Shown: positions 1 to 15,469, counted from the first letter of the stretch. The stretch: DNA of 64,000 bases from Ptychomitrium polyphyllum (GCA_973851085.1 OZ316775.1:1364001-1428000), one strand, 5' to 3'. Program-made: numbers and translations. Notes: generated from the letters alone by a model not told the origin.

Positions 1-260
1 TCAGATCCTAGTTCAACGTCACCCAACACAGATGCTTACAAAAATAGAACTCATCTGAGCGAAGCTGAGGGTCGAAAAGGCAGCAGGATGATCTGCACCA
101 CTTAGACACAATTGTGAACATTTTTGCACGGTAATATTGATGGTTGTCTACTCGCTGTGAACAGTCCCTTCCCCCGGGTCAATTCCCTAAGAGAAAAGTT
201 GAAAAGGTGCGCCTACACCACCCTAAACGATACAAATTACCATCCCATTCCCTAAGTTGC

Positions 261-960
261 TTAGCTTCGGAATCTGCCGTGAGTATTCCGACTCCTCACC
301 TTCCTGCTTCGGCTGCAAGCTCCCTCAAGCTCCATCAACAGCTTCACCGCTTGTAAAACTCGTCCTTCCTCTCGTTCAGGGAATTGTGAATTGATACAAT
401 TCTCGAAGATGGAAATCTCTGCGGAGATTACAGCATGCATCGAAGTTGACAGACTTGTGCTTAAATAATAAGTTTCCTTCAAGACCTTCCTTGCATCTGA
501 AGCCTCATCCACCAGTCCCAACAATACTAGTGACTACTGGTTCACTCATCGTCATGACTTCGCTGCTCTCATCCGAACTCCTTGATCCTGATGAAAGGGC
601 AAAATCTAGCGGGATATACTTCAAGTCGAAGGCCTATGGGACCACACCAAACTTGTCGTGTAGGTGCTTGATGCAGGCCGGCGAGTGCAAGAAATCCCGT
701 ACAACTATATCCGGAAGGTTTTGTCAGTGGGAAAATAGGCCTGCATATTCCTCAAGTGGGTGCTGACACCAGCGAAGAGCCTGCTTCATATGCATCTTCT
801 AGAGCTGTACCATCGAAGACCACTGCATAGAATGTTAGTCTTCAAGCGACGTCTGGTAACGCAGTATATTACCAAGTGGAAAGCCCACTTCTTCTAAAGA
901 TTCAAGAATGTACTAGGTGTTCTCTGTTGAAGGCACCTCAACTGGAGTAGGTTGGCACTA
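261..960 (-). pseudogene. possible decayed gene fragment, family not recognised
   Basis: One minus-strand frame reads protein-like (YILESLEEVGFPLGNILRYQ...QHPLEEYAGLFSH*QNLPDIVVRDFLHSPACIKHLHDKFGVVP*AFDLKYIPLDF) but has several in-frame stops. ORF 261..524 follows in another frame. Confidence 0.3.
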
Positions 961-971
961 GAAAGTTATTG

Positions 972-1260
972 ATCAGATTGCAATAAAACGGTGCTGGACT
1001 AAGAGCATTTAGCTTGTGACTAACATACTTGTGTAACGAGAATCCAGATGGCTGCGTTTCTTCTGCAAGTTACAGAAACATACAACTGTAGAAGATCCCA
1101 CGACTTAAGGATGCGTGTTTGATTTGAGTCACAAGCACTGACATATATTCCGTAAGCATCAACCTTTAGCAGGCATTCACACTATGTTCTTAGATGTTTT
1201 CGAAGTAGATCACTCTAAAATATATAGGTAAGGGAAAAAAAGAAATTCCTCTAAAGTGCA
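972..1260. repeat. diverged ~290-bp duplicated segment, copy 1 (copy 2 at 11821-12095)
   Basis: Colinear shared blocks in the same order and orientation in both copies: atcagattg, ataaaacggtgctgga, agaatccagat, ctgcgtttcttctg, ggatgcgtgttt, taagcatc, ctaaaatata(t/c)aggtaagg, ctctaaag. Confidence 0.85.
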
Positions 1261-1397
1261 GTATGCCAAGCAACGTTTCCGACTTGGAGAACAAGGCAAT
1301 CTGGCAGCCATGCTACTAAACGCAACAGATAGCTCACTATTACAGTGGTTAAAATTGATTCCGAAGTGTGAAAATCTATTCTTCAGTCTTATTTATA

Positions 1398-2716
1398 GGA
1401 CTTTCCGTCGTCAACGAGAATCTGCTTAAGAAGTATTTTGTCCGTCTGGTGGCTTATTATCGGCCTTGGATTGGGCAGAGCAATCCTCAATTGGAAAAAA
1501 ATATAAACACGTCAGCAGAAGACATGGCTAGTATTGCTGATGCATTGGGCATGGGCAACAAGTTCCGCGTCTTCGTTCATGGTGGCGGCGCTGTGTATGC
1601 ATGGGCTGCACTCCATTGCATTCCTATTCGATTGGCTAGTAATCTTCCCTTCTTTTCATTGAGGTATTTTAACGTGCACTACCAACGAGCCCAGTGCTCC
1701 GTTAAAGACACTGGTAGAGAATATAGTAGAACAGTGGCAGTTATTTTACTCGCTGACTGCATTTCTGAGGAACTCAGTTGGTTGATACTATGATTTACAG
1801 GAGTAGCAATGTTTGGACCTTTGATGACCCCCGACGCCTGAATATTACAAAGGAAGAAAGCAAAGCCATGTGGGCTGGTTTGGGTTCTTTGAAGTCGACA
1901 TTCCAATATTTTCGGCACTTCCCTTCTTTTGTTCTTGGGAAACTCAAGGGCAGCATAAAGAAGGTCAATAAATACGTAAAGAGTACTACAAAGCGTGTCA
2001 ATTCGAAGGTGAGTGTTGATCATAGTTTTTCTTTTCAGATTTATCACAAAGAGTAGTATTTGCTTTCCTTAATAAGGTCCACTCTGCAGTCCATTACTGC
2101 AAACGGTTTAAAGATCGTTTTAAAAGCGGCGTACAGCTATAGGCCCATCTATGTTTAAATCTATGTGGCCTTCAATGTGAATCTATAGTTCATGCAGGTA
2201 AATGGTGTACTAATAAGTGTATTGGTTTTCATTCAGATGTCAACTTCCCTATGTGATATTCACAGCTTTAACTGGGTACTAGCGGAGATGTATGCTCTCT
2301 TCACTTGCTTGAAGATTGTGTAAGTCACTTATAATTGAACTTACATGTGGAGGGAACTGGGGACAAGATTGCACCTTTGGTTATGACTACATAAGCGAAA
2401 CGACTACTTCCACAAGTAGAGCTTCACGAACTGGCTGGGGAGGGGCATTACTCCTGGTCTTTTAACTGTGATCAGTGCCACCGCGAGTTGTTCAAAACCC
2501 TCTTTGGTGAAGTAGCTTGACTAAACGAGTAGGACAACCCGGTTGTTCCAGAAAGATAGTCCTTCAAAAGAGCCCGAGAAAGTGGAGAAGCCTATGAAAT
2601 CTGAGCAGCGTGAGGAGCCTCCTGTGATTGACCTACTCAAAGAAACCGATAAGAAAGCCCCAGTAGATGCCCGATAAGGCCTTAGCCAGGGAGTTCAGCC
2701 CCAGGATGAGTTATAA
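1398..2716 (+). pseudogene. alpha/beta-hydrolase family pseudogene (plant AB-hydrolase type)
   Basis: Recognisable segments VRLVAYYRPWIGQSNP..SAEDMASIADALGMGNKF..AWAALHCIPIRLA, GVAMFGP and KRLLPQVELHELAGEGHYSW..CDQCHRELFKTLFGE. Frameshift near 1830, several in-frame stops (T*AKR, EVA*LNE*), nucleophile Ser lost (VHGGG). Ends QDEL-TAA at 2714-2716. Confidence 0.8.
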
Positions 2717-4237
2717 GGTGTATGTAGTGTATTGTAGCGGTATGAACCGCTAATTAAGAGCACATATAATTAGGGTGTTCAAAGCTGAATCCACGCAGGT
2801 TATATATTTATCAAGATCCATGTACAGATGAGAAACTTAGAACTAGTATGTCAGAGCACTTAGCATGGGTGATCTTCTTGTCTTGAATTTTGCATTCGCC
2901 CATTATATTGACGAATATATTTTCGGCAGTCACAAATTCATTTGTGTAATAGCTTCTTGACATTATGTAAACATTGAAGTCAAATGTTATAAAGTTCTGA
3001 GAGGTGATTCTCTCTGAATTGTTACGAAAATGGAAGATTCAACAAGACTTAATGGAGGAAAATTCATCAAGAAAGTTCAACTCTGAGCAGCTTCACGCTG
3101 TTAAGTGAAACTTCCGTTCGAATCAAAGGCAACGGAGCTTCAAATGCCCGTATTGGATTAGGCCTCGAGAAACTCTTAAGAATTACTTGATGTCCTCTTG
3201 CGTTTTCCAATGCCTCCCAAGTTCTTCAGCTATCTCTTGTTTCGAACACATGTGAATCGGTTCTACTTGTGGAGCTTGGAGCCAAATAACGATCGAATCT
3301 CCTTCTACATTAGGAGTGATCAATATGTGAATTAAACGAGCGGAATCATTTAGAATTGTTCGATTTTAGTGCATGTCAAAAAAATTCCCAATTTCGTGTA
3401 TATTTATTCATGGTGTGAAAAGCAACAGTGCATTTCAATTGTTGGTGACTGCAGTACACGCAATTCTGTTTAAGAATCTGTTCCTTTCAACTATATTTAG
3501 CAAGATAGAGTATCGGTTTTGTAGTTGCTAAGTTCATTACATAGTTGGCGGCTGGCGACAAAGCTAGTCTCTGTCATGCTTCTTTTTTGATAGAATTTGT
3601 CCAAACAGTTTGAAATCCTCAGTAATGTTCAGTACACTACCAAGAAGAATTAGAGTGCCCATGATTAGAGAATATACAGTTGGCATCAGTGCAATATTGC
3701 AGCCAGTGCTCTGGGGCTCTCAAGTTAGGTGTGGAGATGCGGTCTAGGCCATATGGGTAGAAGTTGGAACCTTCCTTCACCTTACTTTGAATTCGAAGTT
3801 CAGCTCAGCCATGTCCCGTCTGAGTCTTAGTGTCAAGCACGTCTTGCTGGCCCCCTCGGGATACGTTATCTGGTTTTATAGCCAGGGTATCTATACTCCA
3901 CCCATCACATCAAACAGCTGCCCATGGACATTGTTCACAACTGCGAATCTCATAAACGTCGATGCAGGCTCGTTCAGTGAAAATGGATATTCACGTCGCC
4001 TTCGGATGATTAATTTGACAGAAGCTCAGAGGTTGGAGATTGAAATCAGAACCTAGATGGAACTGATAGTAACAACCGGATTCTATTCACGTCAGAGCAT
4101 TTCACTCACCGGCCTAGCCCCTCACGCTTCTGCGCGCGCTTTAGATTCTTCTCATCCCTCCCGCAGCATAATATAATCCCTCTCTCGCGCCCCCGTTTTC
4201 AGATCTCCCCATTTCCTTGAGAGTTCCAGTTGAAGCT

Positions 4238-4804
4238 ATGGTGGTGCCTCCAGGCATTCCGAAGCGCCTTTCGAGGGAGCTCGAGACACACGCCGCTTGG
4301 GCTCGATCAGTATGGCAGCCAGACCTCCGAGTCTGGGATAATGCGCTCGCTCGCAGCTGCGGTATACTCCAAAACATCGAGCGCTCACAGTGCCGGGTGC
4401 AACTACGGGCTTACTTAAAGGAGGTCATCGCCTTCGAAGTTCGCACGAAGCACCTTCTTCCCAACTACTTGGACCTTTTCGAGCTCGTCGTAAAGAATCC
4501 AGACCAGCCCATACAGTGGACGCCACTATCCGAACTGCAAATGGACGTCGTAAGTTCCGCGACTGGGATCTTCTTCCACAACGGAGCGCCAGTGGTCATG
4601 TCGGAATTCGTGGGGCGATATGCTGCCCCCAGCCCTGCAAGTCCGTCGGTGGTCGACTCCTCCCCAGCGCCGCCCCCCGACGGCAACGACGGCAACGACG
4701 GCAACGACGACGACGACGACGACGATTTATCCGAGTCTTCAGAGCTTCGCAGCAGTGCGGATTCGGCGTCTTCGTCGCTGACTTCCACCGGCCGAACCAT
4801 GTAA
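4238..4804 (+). CDS. orphan intronless ORF (~188 aa) with Pro/Asp/Ser-rich tail, function unknown
   Basis: ATG at 4238 (MVVPPGIPKRL...), TATA-like ataatataat about 65 bp upstream, GC/CpG-rich and uninterrupted to TAA 4802-4804. Globular-looking N-terminal ~130 aa followed by (DGN)3-poly-D. No family motif recognised. Confidence 0.5.
   Translation: MVVPPGIPKRLSRELETHAAWARSVWQPDLRVWDNALARSCGILQNIERSQCRVQLRAYLKEVIAFEVRTKHLLPNYLDLFELVVKNPDQPIQWTPLSELQMDVVSSATGIFFHNGAPVVMSEFVGRYAAPSPASPSVVDSSPAPPPDGNDGNDGNDDDDDDDLSESSELRSSADSASSSLTSTGRTM
4678..4726 (+). repeat. (GACGGCAAC)3 plus (GAC)n coding microsatellite
   Basis: cgacggcaacgacggcaacgacggcaacgacgacgacgacgacgacgat read directly. Confidence 0.9.
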
Positions 4805-4869
4805 CTAGAGCCATGGCAGGTAAGTACACTAGAGGGCCTCCTTCTCCCCCTCCTCTTTAGCATTAGGAG

Positions 4870-7800
4870 TTAACAGTGGAAGAATTTTAGAATTAAAAAT
4901 AAGAAAAATTAGAAAAAAAAGGACAAACAACATTTGGAATAGTACTACAAAGTCTTAGGTTTAAAAACAAGGGATTTAGAATCAATCAGGGGAATTTTTG
5001 GATTAAAGGTAGAGGAATTTTAGAATTAAAAATAAGAGAAATTATAATAAAAGAACAAAAGACATTTAGAATAAAAACAACAAAGTTTTAGGTTTAAAAA
5101 GAGGAGATTCATAATCAAAATAGGAGACTTAGAATCAAAACAGACATTTGGAATAGTACTACAAAGTTTTAGGTTTAAAAGTAGGGGATTCAAAATCAAA
5201 ACAAGAGATTCATAATCAAAACAGGGGATTTAGAATCAATTAAGGGAATTTTAGGATTTAAGGATAGAAGAATTTTAGGATTAAATATAAAACATTATAG
5301 AAAATGAATAAGAAATTTTTAGATTAAGAATAGTAAAGTATTTAGTTTAAAAATAAGATATTTGTACTGAAGAGATGGAAGTTTTAAGATTTAAAATAAG
5401 AAAGATTTAAGATAAAAATAAAAAATTATTGGAATAAAAAAAACAATAAAGTTTTAGATTTAAAAACAAGGGATTCGAAATCAAAATAGGAAATTTTTAA
5501 AAATTCAAGCAATAAGTTTGTACAAAAAAATACAGTGAATTAATCATTTTTAAGTTAGTTTTAACATAAAGAAAGGATTTTAAGTAATTCTAATGTTGTA
5601 TTCTTGTAATTTTGTTACTTATTACAGGTGGCAGATTTAAAGTCATTTTTTTATTGATTCTCACTATAAGTATTTTAATTAGTGCTTTATATAAACAATT
5701 GTTAGAACTTAAAATAGGCTGTAGCAATTGGTACTTTACTTTTGATTTAGGTTCTATATAGGCCTTTGTCTAAAAATTAAAATACATGCTTTGATTTATA
5801 ATAATTGAGATATTTGAATAATTATGTACTTAATTAATTATAATAATAGGACATATTATTGGAATAAGGCTTAATAGTAGAGACTATGCACTTTGAACAA
5901 CATCTTTGTTTATATTTTGATCAAATATATTTTCTTATAAAGGTCATAGTTTTTTTTAAGTATTTAAATTGTTTATTTAAGTTTTTTATTTAAATTCTTA
6001 CTTATAGCCAATGATGTTCATTGATGGAAATATAATCATCACATTTACAACACCTATACAAATTGAAAATGAAATATAACATTTATTTGAATAAATTTGA
6101 TTTTTGGTAGTGAAATCCAAGTTTGCTTTTGTAAATATTTTTAAAAGTCTTTTGCAATTAATTTATGTGATTATTTAGTCTTTATTGTTTTCTCAAGTTT
6201 TTGCAAAATGCTTATTTATTCCACATTTAAAGCATTTATTTGACATATTAAAAGGTTATATATGTCAATAGTAGTCAATTAATGTTTATTCATTAAAACA
6301 AGCACTTATGTTTGGTTTATTAAAAAAAATTATTGTGACAATAAAAGAAAAAAAGTAATTTAAAGCAATAATGTAATAGATTTTTTTTTTTAATATTACA
6401 AAATATTCAAAACGTGTTTTAATAATAAATGTTAAATTATTACATTTCAAAAACAGAAGTAGAAATGCATGTTTTATCTAAAAGAATCTACACAAATATA
6501 TCCAATCTTCAATTTATAATTGTATTAAAAGAATATATTCTTATAATCTTATACAAATTCAAATTAGAATTCAAAATTTTGATAAAGTCATGTTGAAATC
6601 TTTTGATATTACATTGAAGCCATGTAGTCAATCAAATGCTATTAGATCTAATTTACTGTAGTGCAAAATGATTTAAAAAAAATATTTTTTTTGATACAAC
6701 TACACTTACATTCTCTATTTTTTTTTGGTAAAATCTTCTTTTATATTGCATTTTAACAAATTAGACATTATTTTGTCATTATTGGCTATTTTGGCATCAA
6801 AAACTTTAGTACTCCAATTTCTCATTCACACTTTTGTAGCATAAAATTAATACAAAAATAAAGAATACTTCATCTTTAATGTTCAACATGAATTCTTACA
6901 ACTACATTTGAATGCACAATCTTCATGATTTTTTTAGTTTTATATAGTACCAACATTGAGTTACATATTTGCTTTTATTTTTTAAATCAAAGAAGAAGAA
7001 AAAAAGCCGTTTAAAACCATATTATTTAGTATACATAATAGCATTTAATAAAACATTATAATAGATATTTTAGAAGTTGAATAAAATAAAGCAGAATAAA
7101 TTTGAAATGTAGGTTCTACATTTATAGACTTTGTATCAGATAAATGGCTTTTTTTTAGATTCAGTATATGTAAAAGCATAAGATTGATTCAAAATAAGTA
7201 TGTTACATACAATTAAATTTTTAATGGTTGCATTGGGATTTAATTAATTATCATTCATTAAACTTTTTTCATATGCAATCTGCAAATAAATACAAAACAT
7301 TCAAACTAAAATATTTATTTTTAAATTAAAAATGATAACTTCCAAACTTCATGAAAATTTATTTAAAAGGAAAAAAATTATACTTAAGAAAAAGCGGCTT
7401 TAACACATTGATTATATTAAAACTCATATCATTGTTTATATGTCAATTTATGGAATTGGAAAAATAAAAATAAAGCTTGATTAAAGAGATTTTTTTCAAA
7501 TTTATAAATGTTATATTTTTTTATATTGCATTTAAAGAAAATTGCACATCATTTTAAATTGTGCAAATTTTCATGTAGAATATTTGGTAATCAAAGAATA
7601 AAATAACAAATACATGATGCACATATTTGAACCATGAAATGGTCTAAATGATATTCAAACTAAACAAGCATGAATATAATAGACCTTTGAAATGTACAAT
7701 CAATAACAATTCTAATAATCAACAAGATTATCCATACATTATTGTAGAAAAAATGAATTGTGTTAGCAAAACTGAATTGTTCTAATTCTAAGAATAATTG

Positions 7801-10250
7801 GCTGTTTAAAAATAGAATTTTATGTGAATTGCAATATAAAATATTAATTATATTTTAAATACAAAATTATTTGGAGATAGTATAGCCTAACAAAAATTAT
7901 GAATATGGAATTATACCTAACAAAATTCAATGAAATTTTTGTAAAAATTACCAAAAGGGTTATAAAATATATAGAAACTAGATTTTAAATGAAAATCCAA
8001 TGATTTTTTTAAATTTTTTTTTGCTATATTTGATTGTAGCTAAGGAATTATAGATTAAACTATATTTATTTAAGATTTTAGTTTTGGATGTTGTAATTTT
8101 ACAAGTTATTTAGTGCTTATTTTTTATGATATGTAACAAGCCCATGCTACTCTAATGTTTTTGTATAAACATTTTATTCCTTGATACTTGTGGATTTTCA
8201 TGACTAAATATTTATGCATGCCAAAATTTGAATTTATTTTCTTTACAACGTACAAGTGGCTAATTTGTTTGTATTAAATCCTTTACTCTTATATCTTCTC
8301 CATTATTTGTATATTTAGATATTGGTATTTATTATAATTCAATTGCTTGAAATGTAATGATATTTGTAGTTATTATCATCTTTGTTGTAGAGTTTTTTTG
8401 TCTCAAAAGTCTATTGATTTTGAAGACTTATTATATCAAAGTAGTTACATCTTTATATTGTTGAATGTATTTCTTGGCTTCTATATTACTTCCTCCATTT
8501 TCTACAGTACTTGAAAATTTAGAATATGATATATATTGGCTTATAATTGAATTGACTATGTTTGGGTAGACTCTTATTTTTATAGCTATTGCTACCTATT
8601 ACTATATTTCAATCTGCTAGCATTTTCTTGATTTTTATTTCTTTGTACTCAAGATGAAATTGAAAGTATGAATTAAATAATATTTAAATGGTGAAAATAA
8701 TCTCGATTATAGATGGAAAAATATACTCATTAATATGGCATATAATCAAATTAAAGATCACAATAATTGTAAGTAAGTTCAATATAGTCATAAATAAAAG
8801 AAGTTTTCATACTTAGATAATATAAAGCACAAAGATTATTTAATTTCCAAATGATATCCTATATTTTGAATACCTTTTCAAATCAATATGGAAATTTAAA
8901 ATACTCTACATCATTTAATTAAGTTTTAAGAACATGATGATAATATGACACTTAATTTAGTTTATATTCAAAGTTATTATTGGATGATGAGTTGATGTAA
9001 GTCAATTGATTTTATCAATTTTCAAATATTCTTTTAAAATGCTAGTTCATTGAAGCCTATATTGAAGTTACAAAGATAAATTTTTAAAAAAAGAACAATA
9101 TTATAGAGGTCCTTTAGAACCATACATTATTTAAAACACTTATTTAATGTTTCATAAACCAAGAAATATTTAGTTAGATGGAAAGTAAAAGATTAACATA
9201 ATAAAAGTATAACAACGTCTATTTTTATATTATTTTTTAGAGGCATAAAAAATTAAAATTAAACAAGAAGTAGTTTAAAAAATGGAGGCATTTAACAAAC
9301 TTCTATACAACGTGAATTGGTGCAAGATCTAGAAATAAAATAATAATATGGATGTGTTCTACAATTTGTACTACTAAGATTGAGGTGTATTTCATCTTAT
9401 TTTTTATTTATACCATGAAGCCAATGCTTTCTTAGACAATTCTAAAACACTTCCTATCAAGCTAAAGAAGATTATGGAAGCTATTAGAAGGTACTACAAG
9501 GCTCTTAAAGACTATATTGGCAGAATAATTTTTGACACAAAAGTTTTAATAAATGAAGGATTTTGCATTTATAAAATCTTATATTATAAATTATAATTGA
9601 ATTAATAACTAATATACCATTGTAGTTGACTAACTAAATTTGGCCTATTAAATTTTCATCATATAAATTCTTTCATATTGCAAACATGAATTTCAAATGT
9701 AAAATTAGAGAAGATTAAGGACATAAGAAAAATAATGCTTATAAGTAAATCAAAATTATGTTATTAATAATAAAGTTTTTATACTATTCTAAAAAAATTA
9801 TTAGGCAATGTGTCCAACAAACACTTTATTAACATACTTAATTAATTTTTTTGTTAATTCTAAGTTAATTAAAGCGCCATTGAGCATTTAGAAAATAGCA
9901 AGATCTCATAATATGACTATTTTCAATTATTGATGCAATAGAGTTTTGAATTTCAAGCAAGAAGCCCAAGGGAATTTAATACTTAAACTATAGAAAATAT
10001 CTACTAGTTATCAATTGTAATTGTTTAATTATAATGGCCAAGCTCAAATATGGTTCACATTATATATTTTCATAAAAAAATTGAACGGCATATTAAACTT
10101 ATTTATGGAACTGATAGTTTAACAGAACTTCACATGTGATATTTTGAAGGCAAAAGAATAATGCAATCACTATATAGAGTTATACACACCGTTATAATGA
10201 ACTTTGGAGTTACATTTTTACCCGTAATATTGTTGTACCTCAATGGAGGT
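4870..10250. other. very AT-rich, CpG-depleted block, probably a decayed transposon or gene
   Basis: Abrupt shift in composition, no ORF >60 aa over ~5.4 kb, almost no CG dinucleotides, residual splice-like sites and short protein-like frames. No transposase motif recognised. Confidence 0.5.
4878..5500. repeat. degenerate purine-rich tandem array (~20-bp subunits inside ~130-bp larger units)
   Basis: Recurring motifs gaattttagaattaaaaataag (4882, 5016), catttggaatagtactacaaagt (4931, 5145), aaagttttaggtttaaaa (several) and gggatttagaatcaa (several). Confidence 0.75.
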
Positions 10251-11116
10251 TAATCCTAAGACAATTGTTCATAGGTGCTCAAATAATTAACAAAGTACTT
10301 AATCATCCAAAAACGGCTAATCCCTCAACTTGAAATCAATACCTAGTTGCATTAATGAAAATATGGCGGCGGTCCAAAGCTCTACATGCCCAATAGCTAC
10401 AACTTAATCACTGTCCATGTGAACAGGAATCAAGTGTCGACCTGATAATCACAAGCTGCTGATTTCTTCAGATACTAAAAATTCCATTCTAGCACGTTCA
10501 GAAACAGTGAATGTGCCAGTTGACAACTTGCAGAGCCCTTCTTTCGTGCTTCGAGAGGATCTAGATGAGAATATATCAGTGTCGAGGCCGAAGGACAATT
10601 CAACATTTGGAACAGCGGTGGAGAAGGAACAGCAGTGAGATCTTCACAGGAACAGCCAACGAGAAATGACTCTTAATGTTTCACACAAGTTACAAGATAT
10701 ACTCATATTTACAGTCTTAGAACCAATACTGAGACGTGTACAGGACCACCGCCGGTCGGTAACAACAATGAACCACTCTCAGCTTTGGAAAGAATTGAAC
10801 CCAATGAACAGTAACTTTTCATTCAAAATCAACACAGATTACAATCGACTGGCACCAGGCTACCGGGTAGCTGACGAAGTTTTTCACTGCATCTTGTCAA
10901 TCAGGAGTTAGCAGATAAAAAGCAACTAAGCCTAACCCAAAGCCCCACACTGAGGCTTACGGTGATTCCACGAGACTCTTTGTGGATCCTAATGGCAAGA
11001 ATGGGTCTGGAACCAATCTCTGTCAAACTTGTGAAGTATTTCCTTTTCCAAGGAGGGTGAAGCCCGTCTTATGTATGAGAGCGTCTCCAGAGAAAGGATT
11101 CTGTTCAACGCTTAAC

Positions 11117-11318
11117 AAATTAAAAGTAAATTTCTTCTATACAAAATAAAGTAAGTTTCTTCTATACAAATTAAAGTAAGTTTCTTCTATACAAATTAAA
11201 GTAAGTTTCTTCTATACAAAAATAAAGTAAATTTCTTCTATACAAAATAAAGTAAGTTTCTTCTATACAAATTAAAGTAAGTTTCTTCTATACAAATTAA
11301 AGTAAGTTTCTTCTGTAC
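11117..11318. repeat. minisatellite, 8 x 25-26 bp (aaattaaagtaagtttcttctatac) arranged as 2 x 101 bp
   Basis: Units counted directly. Variants recur at units 1/5 (gtaaat plus extra A) and 2/6 (aaaataaag). Confidence 0.95.
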
Positions 11319-11820
11319 ATTCAAATGATCTCAAAGGTTATTTTTACAAAGTAAGTAATGTTTATTAATTAAAAAATCATGTTTACTTAGTAAGCTTCAA
11401 CAGTTGACTAAACTATTTCAAAATGCAACTAATGAAGATGTACTCCAATTTCTATCCACACGAACATAGTAGACAACATGTAAGAGTCTAAGAGTAGAGC
11501 CAAATGGGATTAAGTAGAATACAATATAAAATAGTGTGAAGGTTAACATAGTTAGGACATCCAAAGTAGCCTTCAAATAACGTTCTGAAAGGCAATTTTT
11601 TTATACCGAAGTCACCCATGGACCTATACCGCAAAGCCTGGAGTTTACAAGCTGGAGTAACTGAATCATCGGAGACCATGCACAGAATATTTGTTGGCAA
11701 GCGAAGTGAGGTAATGCAGGCCATTGTCAATTAAAAAGGCCACTTCTTAACGCGAGTATGTGGTAATATATGTTCTTTATGGAAGATAATCCGACTTAAA
11801 TATGGTAGCACAAATTATTC

Positions 11821-12095
11821 ATCAGATTGATATAAAACGGTGCTGGAGAGCAATTAACTTCTGATTACCATACTCGTGAGACCAGAATCCAGATACCTGC
11901 GTTTCTTCTGACAGTTGCGCAGACTCACTACAGAAAGATTCCACCAATTGGGGATGCGTGTTTAATTTGCGTGACATAGGTCTTACCGGGGCTTTTGTGT
12001 ATTAACCCATAAGCATCCACCTGTAGATGTAACATTCTTAAACCTTTTGAGCCCTTTCTAAAATATACAGGTAAGGCACAAAATTAGCTCTAAAG
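11821..12095. repeat. diverged duplicated segment, copy 2 (copy 1 at 972-1260)
   Basis: Same colinear blocks as copy 1. Lies about 100 bp beyond the ADH-like stop codon. Confidence 0.85.
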
Positions 12096-12191
12096 CGCGG
12101 GCTTGGGGGAGGCAGCAACAAAGTAGATTCTTCAGATCAGGAGCAGGTGCAGGGATTGAGGCATTTGTCAGTTGGAGACCATGTCAAGCAT

Positions 12192-15076
<2,885 letters not shown>

Positions 15077-15469
15077 CGTGTGCTCCCACCCCAGCGTTCT
15101 AGGTCCTCGCCTCAACTCTGCACGCAAATACTTGATGCCACCCAGGTTACCGCTCAGCAAACTGAAGGTGAATGCAAGAACGCCATCTTCCCTCGTGTGC
15201 AGCTCCCTTTGCACAAGAAGCGCAACCTCGCATGTGAAAATGTTGTTGTTATTGTTGATGTTGTTGCAAGCATGCGACCTGCATGAAGTTCTCTACCACG
15301 GCTGTGGTGCTGCAGGTGCAGGTGGGCGACGACTGGTCGACTCCCTTTCCACTCTCCACACACCTTTGTTGACAACGACAATGTGCACGGTGCCTGCTTT
15401 CCAATCATTTCGCTGCCCCAGCTCTGCGCTTCTCAGGTCATGCACCCCCAAAACCGTCACTGTCGGTGA

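Noticed and set aside
4390..4863. Alternative-frame ORFs with poly-Arg or poly-Ser
   Set aside because: Other readings of the (GAC)n microsatellite within the 4238-4804 ORF.
11117..11318. CRISPR-like array
   Set aside because: Units are directly adjacent with no unique spacers, there are no cas genes, and the context is eukaryotic.
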